This document shows positions 42,447 through 51,468 of a DNA stretch of 64,000 bases, in pieces. Origin of the DNA: Candidatus Falkowbacteria bacterium (GTDB lineage: Bacteria; Patescibacteriota; Patescibacteriia; UBA11705; JACRDX01). The position numbers and the translations under genes were made by a program. Every line of letters starts with the position of its first letter. Positions within the stretch are counted from its first letter, which is position 1. The stretch lies in the NCBI GenBank assembly GCA_043798985.1, contig JAZDOE010000001.1:309-64308 (forward strand), in the 5' to 3' direction. The notes under the pieces are model-generated. The model was not told the DNA's origin. It worked only from the letters and a program-made list of their open reading frames with translations, and did no database searches.

Positions 42447-42570
42447 TGTCATTCCGAATCCGCCCGGGGCGGATGAGGAATCCCTTCGCAAATGCCTTTA
42501 CAAGGGATTTCTCCCCCGCTCGCCTCGCTATCGCTTGTGCGAAGCGGGCTAAAGCAGGGTCGAAATGACA
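42447..42570 (+). mobile_element. MITE/RPE-like hairpin repeat, full-length copy R2 (124 bp), plus orientation, abutting the nfo stop codon
   Basis: tgtcattccgaatcc...gaggaatcccttcgcaaatgcctttacaagggatttctccccc...gggtcgaaatgaca. Same family as 17187..17297 (reverse orientation) and the short copies. Confidence 0.8.
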
Positions 42571-43398
42571 TCAGCGCAGACTTTTTAACAGCTTAAGCGT
42601 TTGCTTGTAAGACATTTTTTCTGCCGGAGTTTCTATGATTCCGGCGATTTTTTTTAGTTTTGGATGGTTGATCAAGGCTTTGAACGCAGCAAGCCCAATT
42701 GTTCCTTTGCCAATATCTTCATGCCGATCTTTTCGCGAACCAAGCTCTGCTTTCGCGTCGTTCAGATGTAAAATTTTCAGTTTGTTTAATCCGATCGTGT
42801 TGTTAAATTGTTTTAACGTTTTATTTAACGCGGCGCTCGTTCGTAAATCATAGCCAGAAACAAACGCGTGACAAGTGTCCATGCAAACGCCGACGTTTTT
42901 GTTTTTTAGATTTTTAATAATGTAGCCGATTTCATCAAAAGCATCTCCAATAATTTTGCCGGCGCCGGCGGAATTTTCCAAAAGCAATTGAGGCGCGCCA
43001 GAATAGCCATCCAAGATTTGATTGAGAGATTTTATCGCAAGTTGGCGCGCTTGCATTTCCGTTTGCTCGCCGGCGCTGCCAATGTGTGTGATTACGTACG
43101 CCACGCCAAGTTTGTTCGCGATGTCCAATTCGCTTTTTATTGAAGCAATGGACGCGTGGCGGATTTTATTATTTATTGAAGCGAGGTTTATGTAATACGC
43201 GCTGTGAATGCAAACAGTTGAAAACCGAAAGCGCGCGCAATTTTGTTTGAACGCGTCAATTGATTTTTTTGTGTAGGTTGGTTTGCCACCGCGCGGTGAA
43301 CGCGAAAACATTTGAAAAACTTCGCAACCAAGTTGCGCGGCGCCTAAGGGCGCGTTTTGTATTCCGCCGGCGATGGAAACGTGAGAACCAAATAGCAT
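42571..43398 (-). CDS. nfo: Endonuclease IV (AP endonuclease family 2)
   Basis: MLFGSHVSIAGG N-terminus and conserved His/Asp/Glu metal ligands of Nfo. 275 aa. Confidence 0.9.
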   Translation of the reverse strand: MLFGSHVSIAGGIQNAPLGAAQLGCEVFQMFSRSPRGGKPTYTKKSIDAFKQNCARFRFSTVCIHSAYYINLASINNKIRHASIASIKSELDIANKLGVAYVITHIGSAGEQTEMQARQLAIKSLNQILDGYSGAPQLLLENSAGAGKIIGDAFDEIGYIIKNLKNKNVGVCMDTCHAFVSGYDLRTSAALNKTLKQFNNTIGLNKLKILHLNDAKAELGSRKDRHEDIGKGTIGLAAFKALINHPKLKKIAGIIETPAEKMSYKQTLKLLKSLR

Positions 43399-43484
43399 AG
43401 TTTAGAAAATTAGAATATCGAAATCCGAAACAAATTCGAAATTCGAATGTTTCAGACATTGGCAATTTCGTGCTTCGTGCTTGT

Positions 43485-44693
43485 TTAGGATTTCGGATTT
43501 CGTATTTCGAATTTTATTTTATGGATGTTTCTAATTACATGTTGCCCCGGCCTAGAATATTGCCAAGAGCCAACGATTTTAAGATTTGTTTGCGCGAGAA
43601 TCTTTTCAAGGTTAAGATTGAATGTTTGTTGTTTAATGTTAAAAGACGGGACAATGATAACGAGCGTGCCTGTTTTTTTCAAAACAACTGCCAGTTGTTC
43701 AAGGATTTCCGCGTAAAAAATTTCAAGTTCGCTGACCTGTTGTTTTATGACGTTCAACGGTTCATTGCCCCAAAGCGGTTTGCCTAAAAATGGTTCTGTC
43801 ACAATCACGTCAATGGAATTTTTCGCGACTTCATTGCTCAATATTCTGGCGTCCAGTTGGGCTATTTCAATATTGAATTGTTTGTTGGTTTGCTGTTCTA
43901 TCCATGCGATATTTTTGCGAGAATCTTCAACTGCTTTTGCTGAAAAATCAGAGCCGAGAATTTTTTTAAAACCAAGTAGCGCCGCTTGTTGTAAAATTGT
44001 TCCGGAGCCGCAGAATGGATCCAAGATTGTTGCGGTTTGTTTTGCTTCGCTTAAATTTAACATTATTGTCGCGACTTTTGGCGGCAACATACCTGATTCA
44101 GCGTCTTTGTTCGGTCTGTCGTAGTCAAATTTGGAGAACTTTTCAAATGGCTGGACTGCCAATGTGCGGCCAATTACAAGGGATTTCTCCCCCGCCAAGG
44201 CGGGGTCGAAATGACAGGTGCGTGCATCAGCCGAGAACAAATTAAATTCAGCGCCGGCGTCGGTTAAAAGTTTGTTTTTTTCGGTTGCAACGCTGGATAA
44301 ATATTTTTCGCCTTGTTGCGGATAAACAAATCTGCAGGGTTGTTCAATTTCTTTTTTAAGTTGTTTGCTCAAATTTATTGGTTTGTTTTTGCCGGTATAA
44401 TCATTGATGCCAAATATGATTTTTTTGTCCGTTTGCGGCAACAAAGACTTTATTGTTGCGCTAAGGTTGGTTGAGTCTGTTGTGCCAACAATTTCGCCGA
44501 TCTTAATTGTACCGCCTAAATGTTGAATCATTTGCTCCGCGTCTATTTTGGTTTTAAGGTCAAAAATAGCAAATTCTTTTGTTGATGCTAAACATTTCGC
44601 GATAATTTTGTCGCGTTTAAAAACTGCTTCTAATTCAGCAATGGATAATTCTGGTTGTCTGCCTAAAATAAAGAAATATTGCATATATCGCAT
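43485..44693 (-). CDS. Putative RNA (guanine-N2) methyltransferase, Trm11/TrmN-like (UPF0020 family), carrying an in-frame MITE insertion
   Basis: SAM motif I LDPFCGSGTIL and a motif-IV-like VTEPFLGKP. A perfect TATAAT lies 7 nt before the ATG, suggesting leaderless or short-leader expression. Contains the 17-aa MITE-encoded peptide TCHFDPALAGEKSLVIG. Confidence 0.6.
   Translation of the reverse strand: MRYMQYFFILGRQPELSIAELEAVFKRDKIIAKCLASTKEFAIFDLKTKIDAEQMIQHLGGTIKIGEIVGTTDSTNLSATIKSLLPQTDKKIIFGINDYTGKNKPINLSKQLKKEIEQPCRFVYPQQGEKYLSSVATEKNKLLTDAGAEFNLFSADARTCHFDPALAGEKSLVIGRTLAVQPFEKFSKFDYDRPNKDAESGMLPPKVATIMLNLSEAKQTATILDPFCGSGTILQQAALLGFKKILGSDFSAKAVEDSRKNIAWIEQQTNKQFNIEIAQLDARILSNEVAKNSIDVIVTEPFLGKPLWGNEPLNVIKQQVSELEIFYAEILEQLAVVLKKTGTLVIIVPSFNIKQQTFNLNLEKILAQTNLKIVGSWQYSRPGQHVIRNIHKIKFEIRNPKS
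44175..44216 (+). mobile_element. Short (42-bp) copy R3 of the MITE/RPE-like family, inserted in-frame within the methyltransferase CDS (which is read on the opposite strand)
   Basis: tacaagggatttctcccccgccaaggcggggtcgaaatgaca. The reverse complement translates in the gene's frame to TCHFDPALAGEKSLV. Confidence 0.8.
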
Positions 44694-44741
44694 TTATTAT
44701 AATGGATGGACCGATTTTCAGCAAATTTTTGTTGGTTGCGT

Positions 44742-44769
44742 GTAGAGACGAGATATATCTCGTCTCTAC
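44742..44769. repeat. Perfect 28-bp palindrome gtagagacgagatatatctcgtctctac (GTAGAGACG family)
   Basis: Reverse complement is identical. Intergenic, about 50 bp upstream of the methyltransferase start and about 140 bp upstream of the island E promoter. Confidence 0.85.
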
Positions 44770-44860
44770 CATATATAAACCATTTTTGTTTTGACGCAAA
44801 ATTGAGGGTTGTGGACAGGTAATACCCTCAAATTCGGTAGAGGGTAGATTATGATATTGT

Positions 44861-44868
44861 GGGGGGGG
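44861..44868 (+). repeat. G8 homopolymeric tract about 45 bp upstream of the -35 of the island E promoter
   Basis: ggggggggca at 44861; the only G8 in intergenic sequence in this window. Confidence 0.6.
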
Positions 44869-44990
44869 CATCAAAATGGCTAAATTTGGCTGGTTTTAAG
44901 GCAAGGCTATTGACTTTTTCGCCAAGAGGGTGTATAATGTAATTATTGAAGTGATCGTTGAAGCAGTTTAACTCATAGCGGAGGTGTGTC

Positions 44991-45455
44991 ATGGAGCAGA
45001 ACTACAACGACGAGATGGGACTGGACAAGGCGCTCGGATGCAAGCCGTCGAAGAACCACCGTGTGCTGGATCGGATCGCGAAGATCGTCGGCGCGCTGAT
45101 GTTGGCCGGAATCGTGTTGTTCCTCGGACTGACGGCGTTGCAGCTGGTTCGCGTGTACAACCTCAACGAGGACTCGATGGAGCTGACGCAGAGAGTGGAC
45201 GAGTTCACCAAGTGCGGCGAGTACGAGTCGTACAACAAGTGCATGGATCGGGCGATCGCGCGGAATCCGCAGAAGGCGAAGCGGATGTTCGCCAGCGTGC
45301 AGGATTTACTTGACCGGAGAGCCGAAGGCTTCTTCTGGCCGGCGAACGCGGACTACCAGGGAGCAAACGGCTGGCCAGTGACGAGCCTCCGCGTCAATCG
45401 GGAGCAGTTGAGTGCGTCGCTGGACAAGTGGCGCACTCAACCCGGCAACCTGTAG
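44991..45455 (+). CDS. Hypothetical single-pass membrane protein, high-GC island 'E'
   Basis: About 60% GC with strongly GC3-biased codons. Promoter is TTGACT-17-TATAAT (44912-44940). SD CGGAGGTGTGTC-ATG. One TM helix (IVGALMLAGIVLFLGLTAL). Confidence 0.6.
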   Translation: MEQNYNDEMGLDKALGCKPSKNHRVLDRIAKIVGALMLAGIVLFLGLTALQLVRVYNLNEDSMELTQRVDEFTKCGEYESYNKCMDRAIARNPQKAKRMFASVQDLLDRRAEGFFWPANADYQGANGWPVTSLRVNREQLSASLDKWRTQPGNL

Positions 45456-45537
45456 GCGAGCAGTCTCGCAACGAGCGTGGCGACATGGGCGTTCAGAATC
45501 TTGAGCGCCCTGTTTTTTTTGCTACGAATGGCGGCTA

Positions 45538-45569
45538 CGTTGACGATAAAGCTAATTTGCGCTATCATT
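45538..45569 (+). repeat. 32-bp direct repeat copy 1 (cgttgacgataaagctaatttgcgctatcatt), containing a TTGACG-17-TATCAT promoter
   Basis: Identical except for one base to 46523..46554. The two copies bracket gene F. Confidence 0.85.
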
Positions 45570-45645
45570 ATGAACAAGAATAGCGACCGCACTCGAGCCT
45601 CGGTTTTCAATTGCTTTATATATTTTTTGGAGGTATACTTAATTT

Positions 45646-46458
45646 GTGTGCGTCGTTATTTTAGAAATTAATTTTATTTTTATGGTTTCGTTTGAAGATC
45701 CAACATTGCAGTCAACAGGTGAAGCTAAATCCGTTCAAGACGAACAAAAGGGAAAAAAAGATGCGATTATTTCTCCGGAACGAGCGCTTGAAGAGTCGCG
45801 CGCATTTTATCAACGGCATAATTTTGCCGCGCTTTTGGACAAGATTCCCGAGAGCATTATTCTTTCTGATGAGGCCAGGAAAAAGATTGAGGAGGCGCAG
45901 AAGCAGGGGTTTGATCGTATGATGATTATGCCGGATATTGCGACGCAGAATGAGCAGACCAAAGAGATTGTAACTGGTTTGGTTACCGACAAACCGAGCT
46001 ATTATAATGCGCTAGATCAGCATAGTCGTGATTCTGAGAATTGGCATCAGCATTTACCCAAAAATCGTCCAGAGGGGAAACCTTATATGTTTCTTTATAA
46101 ATCCACAGGCGTAGAGCCAGAAACATTAGGCAAAACGCATCCTGAAGCGGAAGCATATTTGAAAGAGCATGGTTGGACAGGGCTTGCTTTGCAGGAGGCT
46201 TATTTGATTATGTATAAGGATAGAGAGGATAACCCAACTGCTTTTGCTAACAGGCTCGTGGAGTATGGCGAGAAATACGGTAGTTATTTGCTCGATGAGA
46301 GCGGGTATAGCCAGAAGTATATGACTGCGTGGTCTAAATTGGCGCCAGATCCCGATACTGGCGAGCGCGCACATGAATATCAATGGTCCAATTCTTTTGG
46401 TGGAAACAGAAGAGATGACCACGTCGGGACAAAAGCGTCAATAGTTATTGAATTATAG
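45646..46458 (+). CDS. Hypothetical soluble protein, island 'F'. Start is uncertain: GTG at 45646 (with an upstream GGAGG) or ATG at 45682.
   Basis: 270/258-aa ORF between the two promoter-containing direct repeats. It ends with a terminator hairpin (atcacgtga...tcgcgtgatTTTTTT, about 46471-46506). Confidence 0.5.
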   Translation: MCVVILEINFIFMVSFEDPTLQSTGEAKSVQDEQKGKKDAIISPERALEESRAFYQRHNFAALLDKIPESIILSDEARKKIEEAQKQGFDRMMIMPDIATQNEQTKEIVTGLVTDKPSYYNALDQHSRDSENWHQHLPKNRPEGKPYMFLYKSTGVEPETLGKTHPEAEAYLKEHGWTGLALQEAYLIMYKDREDNPTAFANRLVEYGEKYGSYLLDESGYSQKYMTAWSKLAPDPDTGERAHEYQWSNSFGGNRRDDHVGTKASIVIEL

Positions 46459-46522
46459 TACAATCAGAGAATCACGTGACTTATTTATGAGTTCGCGTGA
46501 TTTTTTATATAGCGATGAGTCG

Positions 46523-46554
46523 CGTTGACGATGAAGCTAATTTGCGCTATCATT
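46523..46554 (+). repeat. 32-bp direct repeat copy 2, the promoter immediately upstream of infB
   Basis: cgttgacgatgaagctaatttgcgctatcatt, 6 nt before the infB ATG region. Confidence 0.85.
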
Positions 46555-46559
46555 GACAT

Positions 46560-48563
46560 ATGAATGTTTCAGAATTGGCTAGAAAATTAAGAACAACCAC
46601 AGATGAGCTTTTGGCAAAATTACCAGAGCTTGGTTTTGATATTGGTAAACGCGCGATTAAAGTTGATGACCGCGTTGCGAGTCGCATTGTTCAGGCGTGG
46701 AACAGCTATAAAATTCAGGAAGCGCAAAAGCAGGATTATCTGCGCGCCAAAGAACATCAGGCCGCTACCCGCGAGGGCGCGCAATTGAGCGGCGAAAAAG
46801 TTCAGATTCCGGCTGTTTTGAGTGTGCGCGAGCTTGCGGAAATTTTGAAAACGCCGGTTTCGCAGGTAATTGGGACATTAATGAAAAACGGCGTGATCGC
46901 GTCATTGAATCAGAAGATTGATTATGAGACAGCCGCGATTGTCGCCGAAGAAATGGGCTTTCCTGCTGAACAAACAACAGCTAATGCCGATGATCAGGTT
47001 TTTGTTAGTCAGATTGAAAAAATGGATAAAGTTTTAGCGGCCGATACTGGCAAGTTATCTCGGCCGCCGATAGTCGTTGTGATGGGACATGTTGATCATG
47101 GTAAAACAAAATTATTGGACGCGATTAGAAAAACGCACGTGATGGAAGGCGAAGCTGGCGGAATTACGCAGCACATTGGAGCATACCAAGTTGTTTGGAA
47201 AGATAAAAATAAGAATGAGCAGAAGATCAGCTTTATTGACACCCCGGGTCACGAGGCTTTTACTGCAATGCGGTCGCGCGGCGCTGAAGTTGCTGACATT
47301 GCGATTTTGGTTATCGCGGCCGACGATGGTGTTATGCCGCAGACTATTGAAGCAATTAAAATTGCGGAGGCCGCGAAATTGCCGATTATTGTCGCGATAA
47401 ACAAAATTGACAAACCAGGCGCTGATCCTGAAAAAATCAAGCGTGAATTGTCGCAGCAAAATTTAATCAGCGAAGACTGGGGCGGCAAAACAATAATGAT
47501 TCCAATCTCAGCAAAGCAAAATCAAAATATTGACGCTGTGCTGGACGCGATTTTGTTGGTTGCCGGGATGGAAGTAGCAACAATACAAGCCAATCCTGAT
47601 GGTAAAATAATGGCTTGTGTAATTGAGTCGCACATTGATAAGAATTCTGGTCCTGTTGCGACATTGCTGGTAAAAAATGGAACATTGCGAGTCGCTGATA
47701 TTTTGCATATAGATGGCGTTTTCGTTGGCAAAGTAAAAACACTGAAAGATTGGTTGGGCAAGGAGCTGAAAGAAGTCGAACCATCATGTCCAGCGCAGAT
47801 TTTGGGATTTAAAATCGCGCCAAAAGTTGGCGACATTGTTGAAGTTGCCGCTGAAATGGGAGACGTCACACGCGTGAAATTTAGAAAATCGGAAAAGCAA
47901 GAATCAGCCGGAGTTGATGAATCCAGTCAGACCGAAGACAAAGAAGGGGTGACAAAAGTGAATTTAATTTTGCGAGCCGACGTGCTTGGTTCGCTTGAAG
48001 CTATTGTTGAATCCCTGAAAAAATTAGAGCGTGAGGATTTGAAAATAAAAATTGTTAAGCAAGGGTTGGGAAATTTAACGGAAAATGACGTGGCATTGGC
48101 AGAGGCGAGCAAAGCGATTGTTTTTGGTTTTAATGTGCGATTCGGCAGAGGCGTTGAAGAGGCGTTAAAAGCCAAGAATATTACGGTTAAGCTTCACCGC
48201 ATCATTTACGATTTAATTGATGATGTTAAAGAAAAGATAAATGAGTTGGTAAAACCTGAAACTGTTCGTTTGGATTTGGGCAAGGTTGAAGTTTTGGTAA
48301 TATTTAAAAAGACAGCCGGGCAAATGGTAATTGGCGGCAAGGTTGTTGACGGCGAAATTGTGCAAGGCGCTAAAGCGGCTGTGTTGCGGCAGGGTAATTT
48401 TATCACAACCGGCGACATTGAAAAATTACAAGCAGCCAAACAAGACGTGACAAATTGCGTGCGCGGACAAGAGTGCGGAGTGCAATTCAGAGGTCAGCCA
48501 TTGATTGAAAAAGGTGATATTTTAGAGGTTTTTCGCGAAGAAGCCAAGAAACATGGGATATAA
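46560..48563 (+). CDS. infB: Translation initiation factor IF-2
   Basis: G domain (VMGHVDHGKTKLLD, DTPGHEAF, NKID) plus the C-terminal beta-barrels. 667 aa. Confidence 0.95.
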   Translation: MNVSELARKLRTTTDELLAKLPELGFDIGKRAIKVDDRVASRIVQAWNSYKIQEAQKQDYLRAKEHQAATREGAQLSGEKVQIPAVLSVRELAEILKTPVSQVIGTLMKNGVIASLNQKIDYETAAIVAEEMGFPAEQTTANADDQVFVSQIEKMDKVLAADTGKLSRPPIVVVMGHVDHGKTKLLDAIRKTHVMEGEAGGITQHIGAYQVVWKDKNKNEQKISFIDTPGHEAFTAMRSRGAEVADIAILVIAADDGVMPQTIEAIKIAEAAKLPIIVAINKIDKPGADPEKIKRELSQQNLISEDWGGKTIMIPISAKQNQNIDAVLDAILLVAGMEVATIQANPDGKIMACVIESHIDKNSGPVATLLVKNGTLRVADILHIDGVFVGKVKTLKDWLGKELKEVEPSCPAQILGFKIAPKVGDIVEVAAEMGDVTRVKFRKSEKQESAGVDESSQTEDKEGVTKVNLILRADVLGSLEAIVESLKKLEREDLKIKIVKQGLGNLTENDVALAEASKAIVFGFNVRFGRGVEEALKAKNITVKLHRIIYDLIDDVKEKINELVKPETVRLDLGKVEVLVIFKKTAGQMVIGGKVVDGEIVQGAKAAVLRQGNFITTGDIEKLQAAKQDVTNCVRGQECGVQFRGQPLIEKGDILEVFREEAKKHGI

Positions 48564-48630
48564 GGTTGCGTTTTTCGATTGGAATTGCTATAATGTCAGT
48601 AGAATTTAAATTTAAATAACTTCAAACACT

Positions 48631-48792
48631 ATGGCAGTACAAGCTTATTGCGTAAAGTGCAAGGCCAAGAGAGACATGAACGATCCAAAGGAAGTGTCTT
48701 TCAATGCAAAGGGTGGAAAGAGCAGAAGGGCAATGCAGGGCACATGCCCAAAGTGCGGAACAAAGATGTTTAGAATCATGCCTAATAAATAA
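48631..48792 (+). CDS. Small zinc-ribbon protein (53 aa, C-x2-C...C-x2-C; DUF5679-like), below the ORF-track size cutoff
   Basis: MAVQAYCVKCKAKRDMNDPKEVSFNAKGGKSRRAMQGTCPKCGTKMFRIMPNK. Two CxxC pairs. Located just downstream of infB. Confidence 0.5.
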   Translation: MAVQAYCVKCKAKRDMNDPKEVSFNAKGGKSRRAMQGTCPKCGTKMFRIMPNK

Positions 48793-48946
48793 TTACTTAG
48801 CATGGCGAAATGCTCTCGGCTGATCCGGGGGCATTTTGTTTTATTGAAAAAATGGGAAAATTACGATACAATACCAAGTGAAATTTCAAATATCAAAGTT
48901 CAAATTTCAAATCAATTACAAATGTCAAATGTCAAAGATGTAAATT

Positions 48947-51466
48947 ATGCAAAAATATAACCATAAAAAGATAGAAAAGAAATGGCAGAAAGAGTGGGAA
49001 AAGAGTGGGATAAACGAGGCGAAGACATTTACAAGGGATTTCTCCCCCGTCAGGGACGGGGTCGAAATGACAACTGCGCATGCTGGAAAAGAACGACCCA
49101 AGTTTTATTGTTTAGTTGAGTTTCCATATCCGTCCGGAGATGGTTTGCATGTCGGACATGTGCGCTCATACACGGCCATGGACATTATTTCCCGCAAAAA
49201 GCGAATGCAGGGATTTAATGTTTTATATCCAATCGGTTGGGATGCTTTTGGTTTGCCGACTGAAAATTTTGCTATAAAAACAGGAAAACAACCAGCGCTC
49301 GTCACAAAGGAAAATGTAAAAGTTTTTAAAAAACAAATTCAATCACTTGGAATCAGTTTTGACTGGTCGCGCGAAATAAATACCACTGATCCTGAATATT
49401 ACAAATGGACGCAGTGGATTTTTTTGAAACTTTTTGAAAAAGGTTTGGCGTATAAAAAGAAAATGCCCATAAACTGGTGCCCAAAATGCAAAAGTGGATT
49501 GGCGAACGAGGAAGTTGTTGACGGAAAATGCGAGCGGTGCGGCGCGGAGACGACAACAAAGGAGCTTGAACAATGGATGTTGCGAATCACAAAATACGCG
49601 GACAGGTTGATTGAAGATTTGGAAACAGTTGATTATTTGGAAAAAATAAAAACCCAGCAAATAAATTGGATCGGGCGTAGTTATGGCGTCAATTTTAAAC
49701 ACAAGATAAAAGATTTGAACATTGAGTTTGAAGTTTTTGATTCAATTCCGCAAACGCATCAGGCGCAGACTTTTTTTATTATCGCGCCCGAACACCTATT
49801 GGTGCGTGAGTTGGTTAAGGGTACAAAAGAAGAATCCGCGGTCATGAAATTTGTTGATGAAATTGTAAAAAAGAAGCTCGCCAAGAAGTTTGATATTGAT
49901 AAGGACATGGAAGGTGTTTTCACTGGACGATGTGTTGAAAATTATTTGGGAACAGGCAGAGATTTGCCGATTTGGGTCGCAAGTTTTGCGTTGGTTGATT
50001 ATGGGACGGGCATTGTCGGTTGCAGTGCGCACGATGAGCGGGATTTTAAATTCGCGAAAAAATATAATATCCCATTAAAGCCGGTTTTGTTTCCAAAAGA
50101 TAAAGAATTGGCAGAAAAAGTTCGTGCCATGGAAATATTTTATCGCGAGTCGGACGGGATTTTGGAAGAGCCGGTGGAATTTAAAGGGCGACAATGGGAC
50201 GAGGCGAGGGAAGATATTGTTGATTGGATTGAAAAAAATAATTTGGGCAAACGGACAGTGCAATATAAATTGCGTGACTGGGTTTTTTCGCGGCAGCATT
50301 ATTGGGGAGAACCAATACCGTTAATTTTTTGTGAAAAGTGTGGCTGGGTAGCGGTTCCGGAAGATGAGTTGCCAGTTGAATTGCCAAAAGTGAAAAAATA
50401 CGAGCCAACTGAAACAGGCGAATCGCCATTGGCAGCAATTGAAAAATGGGTGAAAACAAAATGCCCAAAGTGCGGGAGTGTTGCGCGGCGTGAAACTGAC
50501 ACAATGCCAAATTGGGCAGGTAGCTCGTGGTATTACCTCGCATACTTGATTGGCAAAATGACCAAATCCCAATTCCCAATGACCAATTATGGAAAGGAAT
50601 TTAAATACTGGCTTCCGGTTGACTTGTATAATGGCGGCATGGAACACACGACTTTGCATTTATTGTATTCAAGATTTTGGCACAAATTTTTATATGACAT
50701 TGGCGCTGTGCCAACCAGCGAGCCATACCAGCGACGCATTTCGCACGGTATGATTCTCGCGCCAGACGGTCAAAAAATGTCAAAGTCGCGCGGTAATGTT
50801 ATAAATCCTGACAAAATTGTTGAAGAATTTGGCGCGGATGTTTTGAGAATTTACGAAATGTTTATGGGTCCGTACGATCAGGCTGTTGCGTGGGATTTGA
50901 ATGGCGTAAAGGGCGCGTCAAGATTTGTTGAGCGCGTTTATCATTTTAAAAATTTTACTGAAAAATGTGAGCCTGAAGTTGAAAATTTGTTGCACAAAAC
51001 AATTAAAAAAGTCAGCGAAGATATTGATGAGCGCAGATTTAACACGGCTGTTTCGGCAATGATGATTTTCGTGAATAAAATTTACGAAAAAGGTTGTTGC
51101 AAAGAATGTTTTAAAAAGTTTTTACTTTTGTTAAGTCCGTTTGCCCCGCATTTGGCAGAAGAGTTGTTTGTCGCACTTCCCCTCGACGAAGCTCGGGGCA
51201 GGCTCGCTCATGGTGACAAGTCATCAATATTTTTGAATGAATGGCCAACGTTTGACGTAACAAAAATCGTGGATAAAATGATTGAAGTTGTTATTCAAAT
51301 CAATGGAAAAGTAAGAGGACGATTGCAGGTTGCGGCAGATATTCAGGAAAAAGATATTTTAGAATTGGCGCTGACCGACGAGAAAATTAAAAGTCAAATT
51401 GAGGGGAAAAAAATAATTAAAACAATGTACGTTCCGAAGAAAATAGTGAGCATTGTTGTTAAGTAA
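48947..51466 (+). CDS. leuS: Leucine--tRNA ligase, carrying an in-frame MITE-encoded insertion near the N-terminus
   Basis: HVGH (HIGH-class) motif in PYPSGDGLHVGHVRSY and KMSKS (QKMSKSRGN). 839 aa. About 15 extra residues (FTRDFSPVRDGVEMT) occur between the conserved N-terminal helix and the KFYCL strand. Confidence 0.95.
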   Translation: MQKYNHKKIEKKWQKEWEKSGINEAKTFTRDFSPVRDGVEMTTAHAGKERPKFYCLVEFPYPSGDGLHVGHVRSYTAMDIISRKKRMQGFNVLYPIGWDAFGLPTENFAIKTGKQPALVTKENVKVFKKQIQSLGISFDWSREINTTDPEYYKWTQWIFLKLFEKGLAYKKKMPINWCPKCKSGLANEEVVDGKCERCGAETTTKELEQWMLRITKYADRLIEDLETVDYLEKIKTQQINWIGRSYGVNFKHKIKDLNIEFEVFDSIPQTHQAQTFFIIAPEHLLVRELVKGTKEESAVMKFVDEIVKKKLAKKFDIDKDMEGVFTGRCVENYLGTGRDLPIWVASFALVDYGTGIVGCSAHDERDFKFAKKYNIPLKPVLFPKDKELAEKVRAMEIFYRESDGILEEPVEFKGRQWDEAREDIVDWIEKNNLGKRTVQYKLRDWVFSRQHYWGEPIPLIFCEKCGWVAVPEDELPVELPKVKKYEPTETGESPLAAIEKWVKTKCPKCGSVARRETDTMPNWAGSSWYYLAYLIGKMTKSQFPMTNYGKEFKYWLPVDLYNGGMEHTTLHLLYSRFWHKFLYDIGAVPTSEPYQRRISHGMILAPDGQKMSKSRGNVINPDKIVEEFGADVLRIYEMFMGPYDQAVAWDLNGVKGASRFVERVYHFKNFTEKCEPEVENLLHKTIKKVSEDIDERRFNTAVSAMMIFVNKIYEKGCCKECFKKFLLLLSPFAPHLAEELFVALPLDEARGRLAHGDKSSIFLNEWPTFDVTKIVDKMIEVVIQINGKVRGRLQVAADIQEKDILELALTDEKIKSQIEGKKIIKTMYVPKKIVSIVVK
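49030..49072 (+). mobile_element. Short (43-bp) copy R4 of the MITE/RPE-like family, inserted in-frame in leuS
   Basis: tacaagggatttctcccccgtcagggacggggtcgaaatgaca, which translates in the leuS frame as TRDFSPVRDGVEMT. Confidence 0.8.
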
Positions 51467-51468
51467 AT

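Noticed and set aside
48840-48946. Low-complexity 'tcaaat / caaatttcaaat' repeats upstream of leuS. Considered as a CRISPR array, T-box leader or tRNA.
   Set aside because: Repeat units are 6-12 bp with no spacer-repeat periodicity. The region is too short and lacks T-box specifier and antiterminator features. No tRNA cloverleaf was found.
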